The notes beneath the pieces were generated by a model. It saw nothing but the letters and a program-made list of their open reading frames with translations, did not search any database and had not been told where the DNA came from. Shown piece after piece: positions 50,581 through 63,825 of a stretch of DNA of 64,000 nt. The position numbers were made by a program, and so were the translations under genes. Each line of letters begins with the position of its first letter. Position 1 is the stretch's first letter. The DNA is from Octopus vulgaris (lineage: Eukaryota), in contig OX597823.1 in NCBI GenBank assembly GCA_951406725.2, positions 94,674,001-94,738,000 on the forward strand, in the 5' to 3' direction.

Positions 50581-51847
50581 TATATATATATATATATATA
50601 TATATCATCATTATCATCATCATCATCATCATCATAGTTTAACGTTCGTTTTCCATGCTAGCATGGGTTGGATAGTTCGACCGGGGTCTGGGAAGCCAGG
50701 AGGCTGCACCAGGCTTCAGTCTGATCTGGCAGTATTTCTACAGCTGGATGCCCTTCCTAATGCCAACCACTCCATGAGTGTAGTTATATATATACATTAT
50801 ACATTTATGTATGCCTGTATGTATGTATGCATATGTGTACATGTGCAGACATATGCATGCAATGCAGTGTATCACCAAAGTCCTTCAAACTCCAGACAGA
50901 CTGCTTTCTGATATCTATTTCTCTTCTTTATATGCTCTGGATAAATTCTTGTCCAAAAGGACAAGGGAAGCAACTATGAAATCCAAATTAGGAGAAAAAT
51001 TGAATTATGAGGAGATGAAGGGTCGGCACGTATTGTTTTCTGTATTATCAATATTAGTATTTGTATACATTAAAGAATTTATATCAGGGGTTCCAATCCA
51101 GTTTTTATCCTTCATAAAAATAACCAACATTGTAGCTTCTATCTAATCCTCCTCAACCTATCAGAAATAGCAGTTTCATCTCTACTAAACCATATGTTGA
51201 GATATTCAATGCATAACGTAGTCTGAAATAAGCTGTTTGAAATAATGGCACGATGGCCTCAGTTTGAGCACCTTGGACTATGACTGACCTGGAGTTTAAC
51301 AATAGCAGCACTAATAAATTCACCTTTAAAATAATCTAAAACAAAAACTGTATTATGATAAAGGAATGAAAAAATTAATAAAAGATATTCAAATGTAAGT
51401 TTAAAATATGTTATAGAAAAAATTAGTTAAACTGTATCGTGAATTTCGAAGTCCTACATTAGTTACTAGAGATAATAGCCAAACTATCCTCAAATGACAC
51501 ACTGTCATCTTTCAGAAGGACAGGAAACATTACATAATGTAGTCTTAAAAGACGTTGTTCTGATTGGAATGTCTGAGATCATAGGCGCGTGGTAGACCAA
51601 AATTGACCTAGGGTTAAACAACTTCGTTATTACCAACAGTTAGCTCCCTTGACAAAGTAGAGTTATGTAGTTTCGTATATATTGGATTTTATAAAACTTC
51701 ATTATTGGAAAATATTTGCTATAAAATAATTAATAGAATATTCGCTAATGAATTTTTAAAAGGTACATAAATGCGTAATACTTTGAGCGTCTTGTTTCTT
51801 TTCCTGCGGTACTAATGTACGGGTTAACCATGCCGGTGGTATTGGTG

Positions 51848-51860
51848 CCAAGATGGCGGC
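51848..51860 (+). promoter_or_regulatory. YY1-type motif CCAAGATGGCGGC overlapping the INTS10 start codon, in a CpG-retaining promoter region (~51550-52200)
   Basis: Exact CAAGATGGCGGC; CpG dinucleotides visibly denser here than in the surrounding CpG-depleted DNA. Confidence 0.65.
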
Positions 51861-51999
51861 AGTTGTAAATAGTGACAACTTCAGCGACGAAGAATGGCTT
51901 GTGTTGAGGGCCCAGAGCTGCATCAAAACAGATACATATGCTGCCAAAGCATGGATGATCACAGCCAGAAGTTTATTCCCGAAAAACTTCAACATACAG
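51853..51999 (+). CDS. INTS10: Integrator complex subunit 10, coding exon 1
   Basis: ATG in strong context; MAAVVNSDNFSDEEWLVLRAQSCIKTDTYAAKAWMITARSLFPKNFNIQ|gtaaac matches the INTS10 N-terminal AAKAWLITARSLYPxxFNIQ motif; 147 nt. Confidence 0.94.
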
Positions 52000-53685
52000 G
52001 TAAACACATTCGCTACATTACCCTCATCTAGTGTCTTCATTGGAAGATCCTGCTGGTTAAGAAAGAACTTGATGCGGGCTTAAATTCCAGACAAATGACG
52101 ATCCGGTTTCGATTCTCAACTGGAATTGCTCCTTGTATGTTCTTACGAGCAGTACTTAGGAAAAACACGAATGTTGTAAATTGTCTTTATAATTTTCCCC
52201 CTTTTGCCTTAATATAAAAATAATCTCTATTGACAGATATTATGTAAAAAAAAATACAAGTGCTTTCTACACATAACAACAAAGAATTTTCACGATGAAA
52301 TGAGTTTGGAAAATTACTCCGTGTGTTGATAATTATTGTTCTTTCTGATTAATTCTAGTCTTCTATTTGAAACTAAACAAATAAAGGAGAGCACGCTTCA
52401 TCCAGGAATTATTATCTGCACGTTCCAGTTCTGTTAGAGTATATTTTGGGTCACTAATATATATTTTTAGAACCCGTGCACGAATTAAAAGGCCGCTAAA
52501 GGTGTTTTTAACTTTTCTAAACGTGTTTTTACACTCATCTGATTACATTGTTCGGGTCCATACTTGTGCAGTAAAATCTTTTAAATAAGTTGTTAAGACC
52601 CATTAAAACGCATTGTTAAGGTCCCTCAATTTATTATCAATATCCCTTAAATTTGTTGCAAGAACCCATAACTGTGCTTTTAGAGGCTCCCCAAATGTTC
52701 GTTTAACACCCTATAAATGTCCCTAGGTTCCTATCAAAAAGTTCCGAGGTTCCTACTTATTTGTGATATATTTAAGAAACGAGCCAATGAAGGAGCAACT
52801 ACATAAGCACTCGAACTGCTAGAAATAGCAACCAAATGCCACCTTACAGCTTTTGTTTCAATTCTTAAAATAATGAAGAATTTAGAACACTAATTTTGTC
52901 GTTATCAAGCTGGTATTTGGAACAAACTAACGCGAAATTTTGATGGAAAATTTTAATTTAGATAATTTTAAAACAAGAAGTTTGTATCACAGATTTAGGG
53001 ATAGTATTAGTGTGTTGGTTCTAAAATGGATAAAATGTGAAAATACATTGGATAATACAGTCTCAAAAAGACGAGATAGCCATGGTTGGAACGTCTTTGA
53101 TAATAGGTCTACTTTTTCAGTGCAGAGCTGGGAATAAATGACCCAGTAGCATATTGTCTTGTTTCTGTCATTAAACTGCAGCCATGCTGGAACATTACCT
53201 TGAAGAATTTTTTTGGTAGAATAAATCGACCCCAGTAGTTATTTCACTGATTTCTTTTGCTAAATTGCTACGCTACAGGAATGTAAACACACCAACACCA
53301 GTAGTGGGGGATAGCTGCATGCACACACACATACGTAAATATATATGGGGTTATTTAATCTCATCTCTGAGCTGGAAAAGTAGACCTATTATCAAAGGCT
53401 TTCCAGCCATAGCTATGTCGTCTTTTCTAGACTATGTTATCCAATATATATATATATATATATATATTTGTCTTGAGAAATAACATGGTGCTTATAGCAT
53501 TAACTCAAAACCATCCTCCTGCAAGGCCCTGTAATTTCAATCCAAAGTTCTTATGTTATAACATTTAATCCAATGTCTCGTTATCTCATTCTTCAACTGT
53601 AATTTTAAGAAAATGAAAATAATTTACTTTAACATTTTCTTAAAGCTGTTTAATATTTTAATTATTTTATTAATTTCTTTTCCAG

Positions 53686-53753
53686 TTTGAAGCTTATATG
53701 TTGGAAAAATCTGGAAAGAATGTCAGTGAAGCCGCCCAGATGCTTTCAGAAAT
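53686..53753 (+). CDS. INTS10: INTS10 coding exon 2
   Basis: tttcttttccag|TTT...AT|gtatga; 68 nt; FEAYMLEKSGKNVSEAAQMLSE(M), phase 0/2. Confidence 0.9.
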
Positions 53754-56049
53754 GTATGAAAACTAATTTTTACAATATTTCATTTCCATTTATACTTTAA
53801 TCTCTTTGGGGCTTTTTTCTTGTCAAAAACTTTATTTTCATTCCCATTGCTTCATCTTCATCACTTTCTGTTTCTTTTTATCTGTTAATAAACCATAGAA
53901 ACGATAAATTGTTTTGCTTTAACCTTTCAACATTCAGATTTCTCTGTCAAATGTGGTGCTTATTTATTTCAAATAAAGTGAGTTCACAGCTGTAACCTAC
54001 ACCAGTGTCACATAACCAGCTCACTCAAAAATACCTTGGATCGTAGGGCGACATGCCATGCTTGAGGAGACCTATTGAGTCAAGTGCATCAACATCAGCA
54101 ATATCAAAATCAAATCAAATGGAAATTGTAGTCGTGAGCCCCATGCCGGTAGCACATAAAAAGCACCATCCAAAGGTGATCAGTGCCAGTGGCGCTTTGA
54201 CTGGCTTTTGTGCCAGTGGTACGTAAAAAGCACCATCTGATCGTGGTCAATGCCAGCCTCCTCTGGCCCCTGTGCCGGTGGCACATAAAAAGCACTCACT
54301 ACATTCTCGGAGCGGTTGGTATTAGGAAGAGTATCCAGCTGTAATAACATTGCCAGATCAGACTGGGGCCTGGTGCAGCCTCCTGGCTTCCCAGACCACA
54401 GTCGAACCATCCAACCCATGCCACCATGGAAAACGGACGTTAATCAATGATGATGATGATGAATCTTGTAGCATTGAGATTTCAGTGATGTGAGTGTTTA
54501 TTTTTAGTTAGACATTGTAAGGTTAGTGTGAGAGGCCAGATATGGCTAGTTTAGATGCTAAAGGACTGACTGATTTAATATGACTGCTGGGTCCTTATAT
54601 GGCTTTCGTTGCAAGCATTTGAGCCAAGCCCTTATTCAACCAAAATCTGGCTGAAGATGTTTTGACTGGACATTGGTCTTCTCAGTCTCACCAGTGTAGA
54701 AGGGTCTGATAAGGTCATTATTGACCCACCTTTGCCATCATGAAGAACCTCGACTGTTTTGTCTTTTCCTGTAAGTTGCAGACATGGCTGTGTGGTTAAG
54801 AATTTTGCTTCCCAATTGCATGGTTTCAGGTTTGGTCCCTTTGTGTGGCACCTTGGACAAGTGTCTTCCACTGCATAATGGGGGCTGACCAAAACCTTGT
54901 GAGTAGATTTGGTAGATGGAAACTGAGCGGAGCCAGTGAGGGTTGGTGCCAGGAAGGGTGTCAAGCTATAGAAAATTTGTCTCAATGACACATGCAATCT
55001 TGGAAAAATAGACATTAAAATGATGATAATGTTGATGTAAAGAATTCCACACTTCAGAACCAGGCCTTCTTGTACCACATTGCTTTTCTTAAATCATCAT
55101 CGTCGTCGTTTAACGTCCACTTTCCATGCTGGCATGGGTTGGATGGTTTGACTGATGACTGGCAAGCCAGGAGGCTGCATCAGGCTCCAATCTGATCTGG
55201 TAAGGTTTCTACAGCTGGATGCCCTTCCTAAACCCAAACTCTCCAAAAGTATTGTGAGTGCATTTTACATGCCACCAGCACAAGGGCCAGTCAGGCAGTA
55301 CTGGCATCGATCACGCTTGAATGGTGCTTTTTACATGTCAGGCAGCACTGGCAATGACCCATGCTTGAATAGTGCTTTTTATGTGCCACCGGAACGGGAG
55401 CCAGTCAGGCATCACTGGCAACAGCCACACTCGAATGGTGCTTTTTACATGCCAATCTTAATATTATACATTACTTCAATTCATTAGTTGCCCAGTGGTC
55501 TGGTGGTTAGAGTGTTGCACTCGTGATTGCAAGATTGTGCTTTCAATTCTTGGACATGTTGGTATCACATAAAAAGTACCTGTGCAAGTGCCACTTATAA
55601 AGCACCCAGTACACTCTGTAAAGTGATTGTCATTAGGAAGGGCATCCAGCCATGGAAACCATGCCAGAACAGGCAGTTGGTGCCAGCTTTCCGACATGCC
55701 AGCACCTGTTAAATCATCCTACCCATGCCAGCTGGGAAAAACAGACATTAAATAATGATGATGATGATGGGGTAGTACATTGTGCTCTTGTGCAGAACCC
55801 TCCATTTCAGGTTGTTGTGGTTCACTCACCTTTAAATGTGTTTGAATGAACTGGAGTCCCATTCTGTGAGAGATGTTGCAACCTCAGTTACTTTTACACC
55901 CTGGAGACTGGGTCACTGGACCTGTGAGTTGTTGGACTTGAGACAGTAATGTCCAGTCTCAGAGGGCCAGCAAAGGTCATGGGCACTGCCCCTTCCTACA
56001 GTCTTAAGTTAGAAAAATAAAATAAAAGGCCCACAATCACAAAAGTAGA

Positions 56050-56420
56050 TTTTGTTTTTATTAACAACATTTTTAAAAGAAAGGAAAACATATAAAAAAC
56101 ATAAAAGATCAAATTGAGGAAAAAACCCCATAACTACCTCACCAAGGGAACAAAAAAAATAATAAAAAGGGGTGGTTAAGCAGCAGGAGATGGGAGAGGG
56201 AGGGAGTAACAGGTTTTACATTTCGGACCAAATGGTGTATTTAGCTGTGCCTTGTGGTCATGACTGCAAAAGCATTGCCTTGGAGAATGGCCAGCAACAC
56301 TCATTGCAACAGCCACCCCACTTTGTGGGGCTCATCTCTTAGATGTGCCACAGTTACCGTGATTGTGTGGAGGAAATTGGCAGTGCATTGTGCAAGAGCA
56401 CCTGAAGTCTCTGTTTGTGG
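56050..56420 (-). pseudogene. CRE-like non-LTR retrotransposon 3' remnant
   Basis: Minus strand GWLLQ*VLLAILQGNAFAVM; reversing three CpG-type changes gives WLLQRVSLAILRGNA, like the QRxSxAIxRGNA C-terminus of CRE-clade elements; UTR ends gttaataaaaacaaaa. Confidence 0.55.
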
Positions 56421-57788
56421 GAGGCATACAGGGAATTAAAATCAAAGCCTGTATTTGACTGTTTCTGATTTTCCTTGAATTCCACCCCAGAAGGATGAAA
56501 AACAAAATCAACCTTAGCAAGATGTGAACTCATAACATTTCACATATGTAATCTGGCACAGCATCATTTTTACCACTCACCATCAGGCTGAGGAAGACAT
56601 AGGACTCGACTGCTGTTCTATTTCATTGACCTCGAAATGATGAAAAGCAAGGATGCCTTTGGTGGAATTTGAACTCCAAATATAAAGAACCAAAAGAAAT
56701 TTCACTAATCATTTTATCCAGTGCTCAAATGATTCTGCCATCTTACTGGCTTAAGGGGCCTAAATAATGTTTCCAAAGTGTGACACAGGGCCAGCAGTTT
56801 TTGTAGTGGAGGGGGGAAGTTGATTACAAACGGTTCTTATTTTATTGACCCTGAAAGGATGAAATGCAAAGTCAATCTCAGTGGAAATTGAACTCAGAAC
56901 ATAAAGTCAGACAAAATGCTGCTCAGCATGCTAAAAGTTCTGTCATCTCACTATGTTAAGATGCCTAAACAATAGTAATCATCATCATCATCATCATACG
57001 TCCATTGTCCATGCTGGCATGGGTTGGATGGTTTGACCAGGCTGGCATGCTGGAAGGCTGTACCAGATTCCAGTCTGATTTGGTGTGGTTTTCTATGGCT
57101 GAACACCCTTCTTAATGCTAACCACTCCGAGAGTGTAATGGGTGCTTTTACGTACCACCAGCACAGGTGCCATTTGCACAACACCAGGGTTTTTTTACGT
57201 GCCATGGGCATGGCACTGGTACCTGCCACAGCTACGATTTTGCTAGGCTTGATGGGTCTTCTTTTCAAGCATGACATAATGCCAAAGGTCTCAGTCATTG
57301 CCTCAATAGAAAGGCAATGAGATGCTAGAATCATTACTACCCAGAGCAAAATGGTTAGCAGCGATTTTTTTCTGGCTCTTGAAGTTCTGAGTTCAAATTC
57401 CACCAACATCAACCTTGCCTTTCACCCTTTTGGGGTCAATAAAATAAGTTCCAAGCAGGCCTTGTGTCTATAATAGACAAGATTATTGCTTTTCAGTAAA
57501 TAATTATAAAGGTATCATTTATTATTTAGAATTTTTTAATTCTCAGATTCCTATATTTTAATCTTTTAGTGTTCCCTCTGTCAAATGTAATATTTATTCA
57601 CATTCTTTTGAATTAATAATGCTTTATCTCACAGCTTTGAGGTTTTGATAAAGTGATTGCTGACTTTTAGAATGACATTGTCAGATAAGTGGGAGAAGCC
57701 AGATCAAGCCCATTTAAACATAAAACAGCTAGAATATGTTGGCTGGATATGGTTGGTTTTAATGCCAAAGGGTTAGAAAATGTATTGA

Positions 57789-58144
57789 AGAAAATTACTA
57801 TTTTTAAATCTCACAACATGAGATATTCAGCAACAGTACTTTGGGGTAAAGATTATTTGCCGACATAACATGGCAGTCCCGGTTTTGGATGAATGTTGCT
57901 GTAATTTAGCCCCAGGAGACATCATCTCCAGCTGGCTATATAACACGATCTGTGTCCTTATATTTTCAAACAAGGGAATCTAGCACCCCTACTCAGCTCA
58001 AAACAATATCTGTGTATTGCAATTTCTGGGTTATTTCTCTTCATCAGCACAGACTGCTTTCTGGGGCTAAATTACAGCAACATTAGTCCTAAATCAGGGC
58101 TGCCATGTTATGTTGGCAAACAATGTTTACTACAAAATATATTG
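57789..58144 (-). mobile_element. Fold-back element with hammerhead-like motif, ending ~43 nt before INTS10 exon 3
   Basis: Arms 57834-57915 / 58061-58140; minus-strand GUCUGUG-CUGAUGA...GAAA-UUGCAA-UA-CACAGAU at 58008-58054. Confidence 0.75.
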
Positions 58145-58186
58145 AAATTGTTACAATTTGATTGTTCATGTTTTTAAAATTTGCAG

Positions 58187-58290
58187 GTTTCAAAATTTCC
58201 CCCATGAGCCCAACCTTTGGGCTGAATTGCAATCAATGTTAGAAGCTATGCAATCGGATAACGTTGATTCAAAGTCTCAGTTACTCACAG
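58187..58290 (+). CDS. INTS10: INTS10 coding exon 3
   Basis: ttgcag|G...ACAG|gtattt; 104 nt; (M)FQNFPHEPNLWAELQSMLEAMQSDNVDSKSQLLT, phase 2/1; matches INTS10 MFxNFPxxPxxWxE. Confidence 0.92.
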
Positions 58291-59169
58291 GTATTTCGTT
58301 TATTTTTGTTCTTGTGGTTTTCATTATTGTCATCATCATCATCATCATCATCGTTTAACGTTCGTTTTCCATGCTGGCATGTGTTGGACGGTTTGAATGA
58401 GGACTGGCAAGCCAGAAGGCTGCACCAGACTTCAATCTGATCTAGCAAGGTTCAAGGTTTCTACAGCTGGATGCCCTTCCTAACACCAACCACTCTGAGA
58501 GTGTAGTGGGTGCTTTTTACATGCCACCAGCATGGAGGTCAGTCAGGTAGCACTGGCATCGACCATGCTCAAATGGTTTTTTTTATGTGCCACCAGCATG
58601 AGAGCCAATCCGGTGGTACTGGCATCGGCCATGCTTGAATGGTGCTTTTTACATGCCTCTGGCATGGGAGCCAGTCAGGCGGCACTGGTATCTTGTTTTA
58701 TATTACAATTGAGGAAAGAACGACATTGTTGCTTGCAGGTATCCAATGTGTCAAGCGCTGGCTCGTTATGGGTCTTTTAGCAAGAGTGAGAGTAAAGAAT
58801 TATCCATAACTCATTGTCATCGTTGTCATTTAACATCCACTTTTCCATGCGCACATGGGTCAGAAGAATTTTCTACTTGTGCCAGTGCCACGTAAAAAGC
58901 ATCTGTACCGATGCCACATTAAAAGCCCCTCTGTTGGTACTATGTCAAAAGCACTGGTACTGGTGCCATGCAAAAAGCATCCAGTACACTCTGTAAAGTG
59001 GTTGGCATTGTCTGCCAAAACAAACAATGGAACCTGGTATGACTCTCAGTCTTGCCAACTCCTGTCAAAACCGTTCAATCCATGCCAGCAGGGAAAACAG
59101 AGCTTAAATGATGATGATGATAGGGCAAATGTTAGCTATTTCTCCACAGACTGAAAAAAATGATGAACA

Positions 59170-59212
59170 ACCTTAATCGATTTTCAAACCTTATTGGGTT
59201 CTCATCAGAAGC
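59170..59212 (-). ncRNA. Minimal type I hammerhead motif inside fold-back element 59122-59697
   Basis: GCUU-CUGAUGA-GAACC(CAAUAA)GGUUU-GAAA-AUCGAU-UA-AGGU; self-complementary stem III AAUCGAUU. Confidence 0.7.
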
Positions 59213-59863
59213 ATCTACATCATTCTGACAGACTCCAGAGAAACAAAGCCAAACTTTATATACTCAACAAATACTGCGGTTACGCTATGAAGGAGTCCCT
59301 AATTTGCATACCGAAAGTGTTTAACTCTCTATAAATACCAGCGACCTGTCAACAGAGATCTTAGTTCACACAGTATCAAAGTATGGTATAATAAATATGT
59401 AACATATGGTATAATTCATCATCTTTTCAGTCTGCAGAGAAATGGCTAAAATTTTCCCTGTTTATAATTATACCATATGGTATTGATAGAGTATTAAACA
59501 CTTTCAGTATGCAAATGAAGGACCCCCTTCATAGAGTAACTGCTGCATTTGTTGAGTATATAAATAGTTTGGCTGCTTGTTTCTCTGGAAATTATCAAAG
59601 TGATGAGAATCGACTAAGGTTGTTCATCATTTTTTCAGTCTGTGGAGAAATGGTTAAAATTTGCCCTGCTTATAATTATACCATATGTTACATATAAGAT
59701 AGACTTCTTTAATTTCCAGTTACCAATTTCATTCATAAGGCTTAATGTTGCCATGAGGCTTTTGTAGAAGATACTTGCATAACCTGCTAGAAATAACAGC
59801 TGAATCTCATGCACATCTCACCATTTTGTCATTAAAGTCTTAAAATGTCTTCCTATTTCACAG

Positions 59864-60003
59864 ACATATTTGCTGCCGTGCCAACAAATGTCCAGTGTGG
59901 AATGTTGCTGTGTATGGCAAAGAAAATAAGTGATATTCTTGAGCAATGCCGACTTCTGCTTTTGGCCATGAGGAAATTCCCAAATCTAGTTACGGAACAA
60001 GGG
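59864..60003 (+). CDS. INTS10: INTS10 coding exon 4
   Basis: tatttcacag|AC...GGG|gtacgt; 140 nt; (D)IFAAVPTNVQCGMLLCMAKKISDILEQCRLLLLAMRKFPNLVTEQG, phase 1/0; not in the supplied ORF track. Confidence 0.92.
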
Positions 60004-60941
60004 GTACGTATCTAGATTTTGTTGTTTTGTTTTACTGATGGGCGTGCACCTGTGCACCCATGTGTGTGGTTAAGACATTTGTAATACATAATGAATGTGT
60101 TTTAGTGGGGTGGATACAAAAATCTCATTACCGTTCTTGTTGCATGGTAGAGGCACATGGCTTAGTGGTTAGGGTGTTGCATTCTTAATTGTAAGATTGT
60201 GGTTTCAGTTCCTAGACGTGGCAGTGCATTGTGTTCTTGAGAAAAACACTTGATTTCATGTTGCTATTGTCCACTCAGCTGGCAAAAATTAATAATCTTG
60301 CAACACCAAATATATACGTTTTTATATTACTTTTATGGCTGTTGCATTGAGTGTTGCTGGCCATTCTCCAAGGCAATGCTTTTGCAATCATGACCACAAG
60401 GTACAGCTAAATACACCATTTGGTCCGAAATGTAAAACCTGTTACTTCCTCCCTCTCCCATCTCCTGCTGCTTAATTCCCCTCCCCCCCTTTTTTTTTCC
60501 TTGTTTCCTTGGTGAGGTAGTTATGGGTTTTTTTTCCTCAATTGGATCTTTCATGTTTTTAATATGTTTTCCTTTCTTTTAAAAATGTTAATAAAAACAA
60601 AATCTACTTTTGTGATTGTGGGCCTTTTATTTTATTTTTCTAACTTAAGACTGTAGGAAGGGGCAGTGCCTATGACCTTTGCTGGCCCTCTGAGACTGGA
60701 CATTACTGTCTCAAGTCCAACAACTCACAGGTCCAGTGACCCAGTCTCCAGGGTGTAAAAGTAACTGAGATTGCAACGTCTCTCACAGAATGGGACTCCA
60801 GTTCATTCAAACACATTTTGCAATTTACTTAATCATTGGTATATTATTGTTATTTTAATTTTAATATTTCTATTATATGTAATTTTCTAGATGGTGTAAT
60901 TTAATTGTTCATTTTGAATTGATAAAAGGTGTTTTTTTCTA

Positions 60942-60980
<39 letters not shown>

Positions 60981-63169
60981 TTTGTGAAATTTGATTTAGT
61001 ATTTCTAAATTGAATTTTTCCCTGTAAGTTAGGAATAATATTCCCTCATAATTATTATATATATACGCCAGAGAAACCAGGAAACTAGCCCTATGCTCCT
61101 TATGGAATAATGTGGGCTAACTAAGAAATGTTTGATTAATTAGTAACTACATCATCATCATCATCATGATTTAAAGTCGATTTCCCATGCTGGCATGGGT
61201 CAGATGTTCAACAGGAGTTGGTGAACCATAAAGAGTATGCAAAGCACCGATGTCAGATTTGGCATGGTTTCTATGGCCAGATGCTTTTCCTAACAACAAC
61301 CACTTTGCAGAGTGTTACTGGTTTCTTTTTATGTGCCACTGGCTCGTGTAAGGTCACCAAGTAACTGGCAAAACTACACCCTTCAGCTGAGGGAGGTGGC
61401 TTAATGCCAAATGATGAAAGATTAAAGTATCATAGAGGGACAGAAACAGACATTTTGCTGTAGAGGAAATGCATTTTGACTTAATCCTATCTTCTCACAA
61501 CTGAAATCTCTGGAATTCCTACTCTTTTCCTCTGTTTTCCAACACATCAAGGCTATACAAAGAACATGCTTACATTTTTTATTTCACTGACATTGAGGCT
61601 TTGTACTGCTTAGATTTATTTCATTTCTACCAATAAATCTAATTAGAATTTCCATTAAAAAGAATTACCTATTATAAGATTTATATTCTTGCCACATAGC
61701 GTCCATGCTGGAGTCACATAAGAAGCATCTGTGCCAGGGCTACACAAGAAACACCTGGCTTGGGTGCCACACATAAAGCACCTGTACTGATGCCAAGTAG
61801 AGAACACCCATTGCTCTTTGTAAAGTGGTTGGCATTTGGAAGGGCATCCAGCTGTAGAAACCCTGCCAAACCAGACAACTGGAGCCTAGGCAGCTCCTTT
61901 GGCTGGCCAGTTCCTGTTAAACTGTCCAACCCATGCCAGCAAGGGAAACAGATATTAAATGATGATGATGATGATCATGATAAGTATATCACTGAAATTG
62001 CCAATTGTGAGTCGCACATAAATACAATAACTTAGAATTTATCCAGCAGGATTACTTCAGTCTCTCAACATCTAGCATCAAACCACTCCTCCTCCTCCTC
62101 TCAAATATTCCTCTCATTTAGTTGAGGTGGGAGTGGCTTTTTCTGTTTTCCTCTTCCCTGTTCGTTTTTTTCTTCGTCTTGCAAGTTACCTGACGACCTC
62201 ACTGGATAGGTGGCATAAAGAAAGTACTCAGTATGCACTGGCTGGCATTAGACAAGGGCATCTGGTCAAAGAAACCATGATATAGGAGCTCAACATATGC
62301 TCCAGAGCTTGCTGGTCGCTGTCAAACCATCCAACCCATGCCAGCATGGAAAACCAGTTGTTGAATAATGATGATACGGTGACTGTCAGGGGGTAATTAA
62401 CTCAGGTGGATTAGATTCAGTGGAGTTGTTGTTCTCATTACGTATCATCTAGATCCGATGTGCTTGCTCTCCCTGTGGGGCATTTGTCAAATCTGCAAGC
62501 TAGATTTTTGGGCCACAAATAGAAGCATTACTTTACCTGCTGGAATGTTAGGGCTGACTCTTGGATGTGGTTTGCGTTCATGAGGGATGTGGTGAACTCA
62601 TTGGTTGGAGCTGGCTCAACCCATCTCTCGGATGAAGGCCACCACAAATCCAAGTAAGTAATAAGAGGGTGAACATGGTTGATACCAGTCAGCCAGCACT
62701 GGCCATGCTTGAATAGTGCTTTCTACACGCCACCAGCACGGAAGCCAGTCAGGCTGTGCTGGCACCAACCATGTTTGAATGATGCTTTTTACATGCCACC
62801 GGCACATGAGCCAGTCATGCGGCACTGGCATTGACTGTGTTTGAACGGTACTTTTTATGTGCCACCAGCACGGGACCATTCTGCCAACACAGGCAACAAA
62901 CACGCTCAAATGGTGTGTTTTACGTGCCACCGGCATGGGAGCCAGTCAGCCGGCACTGGCAACAATCATGCTTGAATGGTGCTTTTTACCTGCCACCATA
63001 TCTATAAGGTGTTTGATGGCCATCAATGAGTTTAGGAATGAAGTAGGTGAAGGGTATTTATTGGTGTCATTTGCACCTTTGGGGTGACATTTTAACTTCT
63101 GTCCTCAGAAATTGAAACTTCTGTCTTGTTTTTTCTTTTCTTTTTTTTTTGGTTTCTTTTACTCTGCAG

Positions 63170-63251
63170 TTGACATTAATAGAAACTTTGATCTTGTCAG
63201 AATCAATCACAAACGTACCCTCACCTGTTAATTGTTACAGGAAATTGTTAG
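63170..63251 (+). CDS. INTS10: INTS10 coding exon 5 (gene continues beyond window)
   Basis: Poly-T tract, then ctgcag|TTG...TTAG|gtaagt; 82 nt; LTLIETLILSESITNVPSPVNCYRKLL, with the conserved SPVNC(F/Y)RKL motif. Confidence 0.93.
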
Positions 63252-63825
63252 GTAAGTCAAACTTCTTAATTATTGTCAGTGTTGTTGTTGCTATTATTAT
63301 TATTGTTGTTGTTATTGTTACTACTACTACTACTACTACTACTACATAAGGTGACAAGCTAGCAGAATCTTTAGCATGCTGGACAAGATGCTTAATGGCA
63401 TTTCATCCATTAATCACTCCTTGTCAAAGGTCTTATCTTTTGTATCTGATATTTTCTTCACTTGAGAACAGGTTACAAAAGTGTTCTGAGTTCAAATGCT
63501 GCTGCGGTCGACTTTGTTACAATAGGGTTTAAAACAGCTGAGCCAATGAGAGAGTCATTACCTGGTCATCTTCCCTTGCTAGAAATGACAACCAAGTCTC
63601 CTTCAAATCATACACTGTTATCATTTTCATCATTTCACATCCATCTTCCATGCTGGCATGGGTTGGACAGTTTGACAGGAGCTGGCAAGACTAGAGAGCT
63701 GCCACAGTTTCCAATTGTCTGTTTCAGCATGATTTCTATGGCTGTATGCCCTTCCTAATGCCAACCACTTTACAAGTGGCACCAGCTCTGACAAGGTCTG
63801 TTATGGTATGGCTTTCTGAAACAAA

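Noticed and set aside
60310-61067. ATATATACG as a target-site duplication around the 60.3-61.06 kb insertion
   Set aside because: The left copy is also the natural end of the AT-rich element (compare the reverse complement near 49990-50004), so a true TSD cannot be established.
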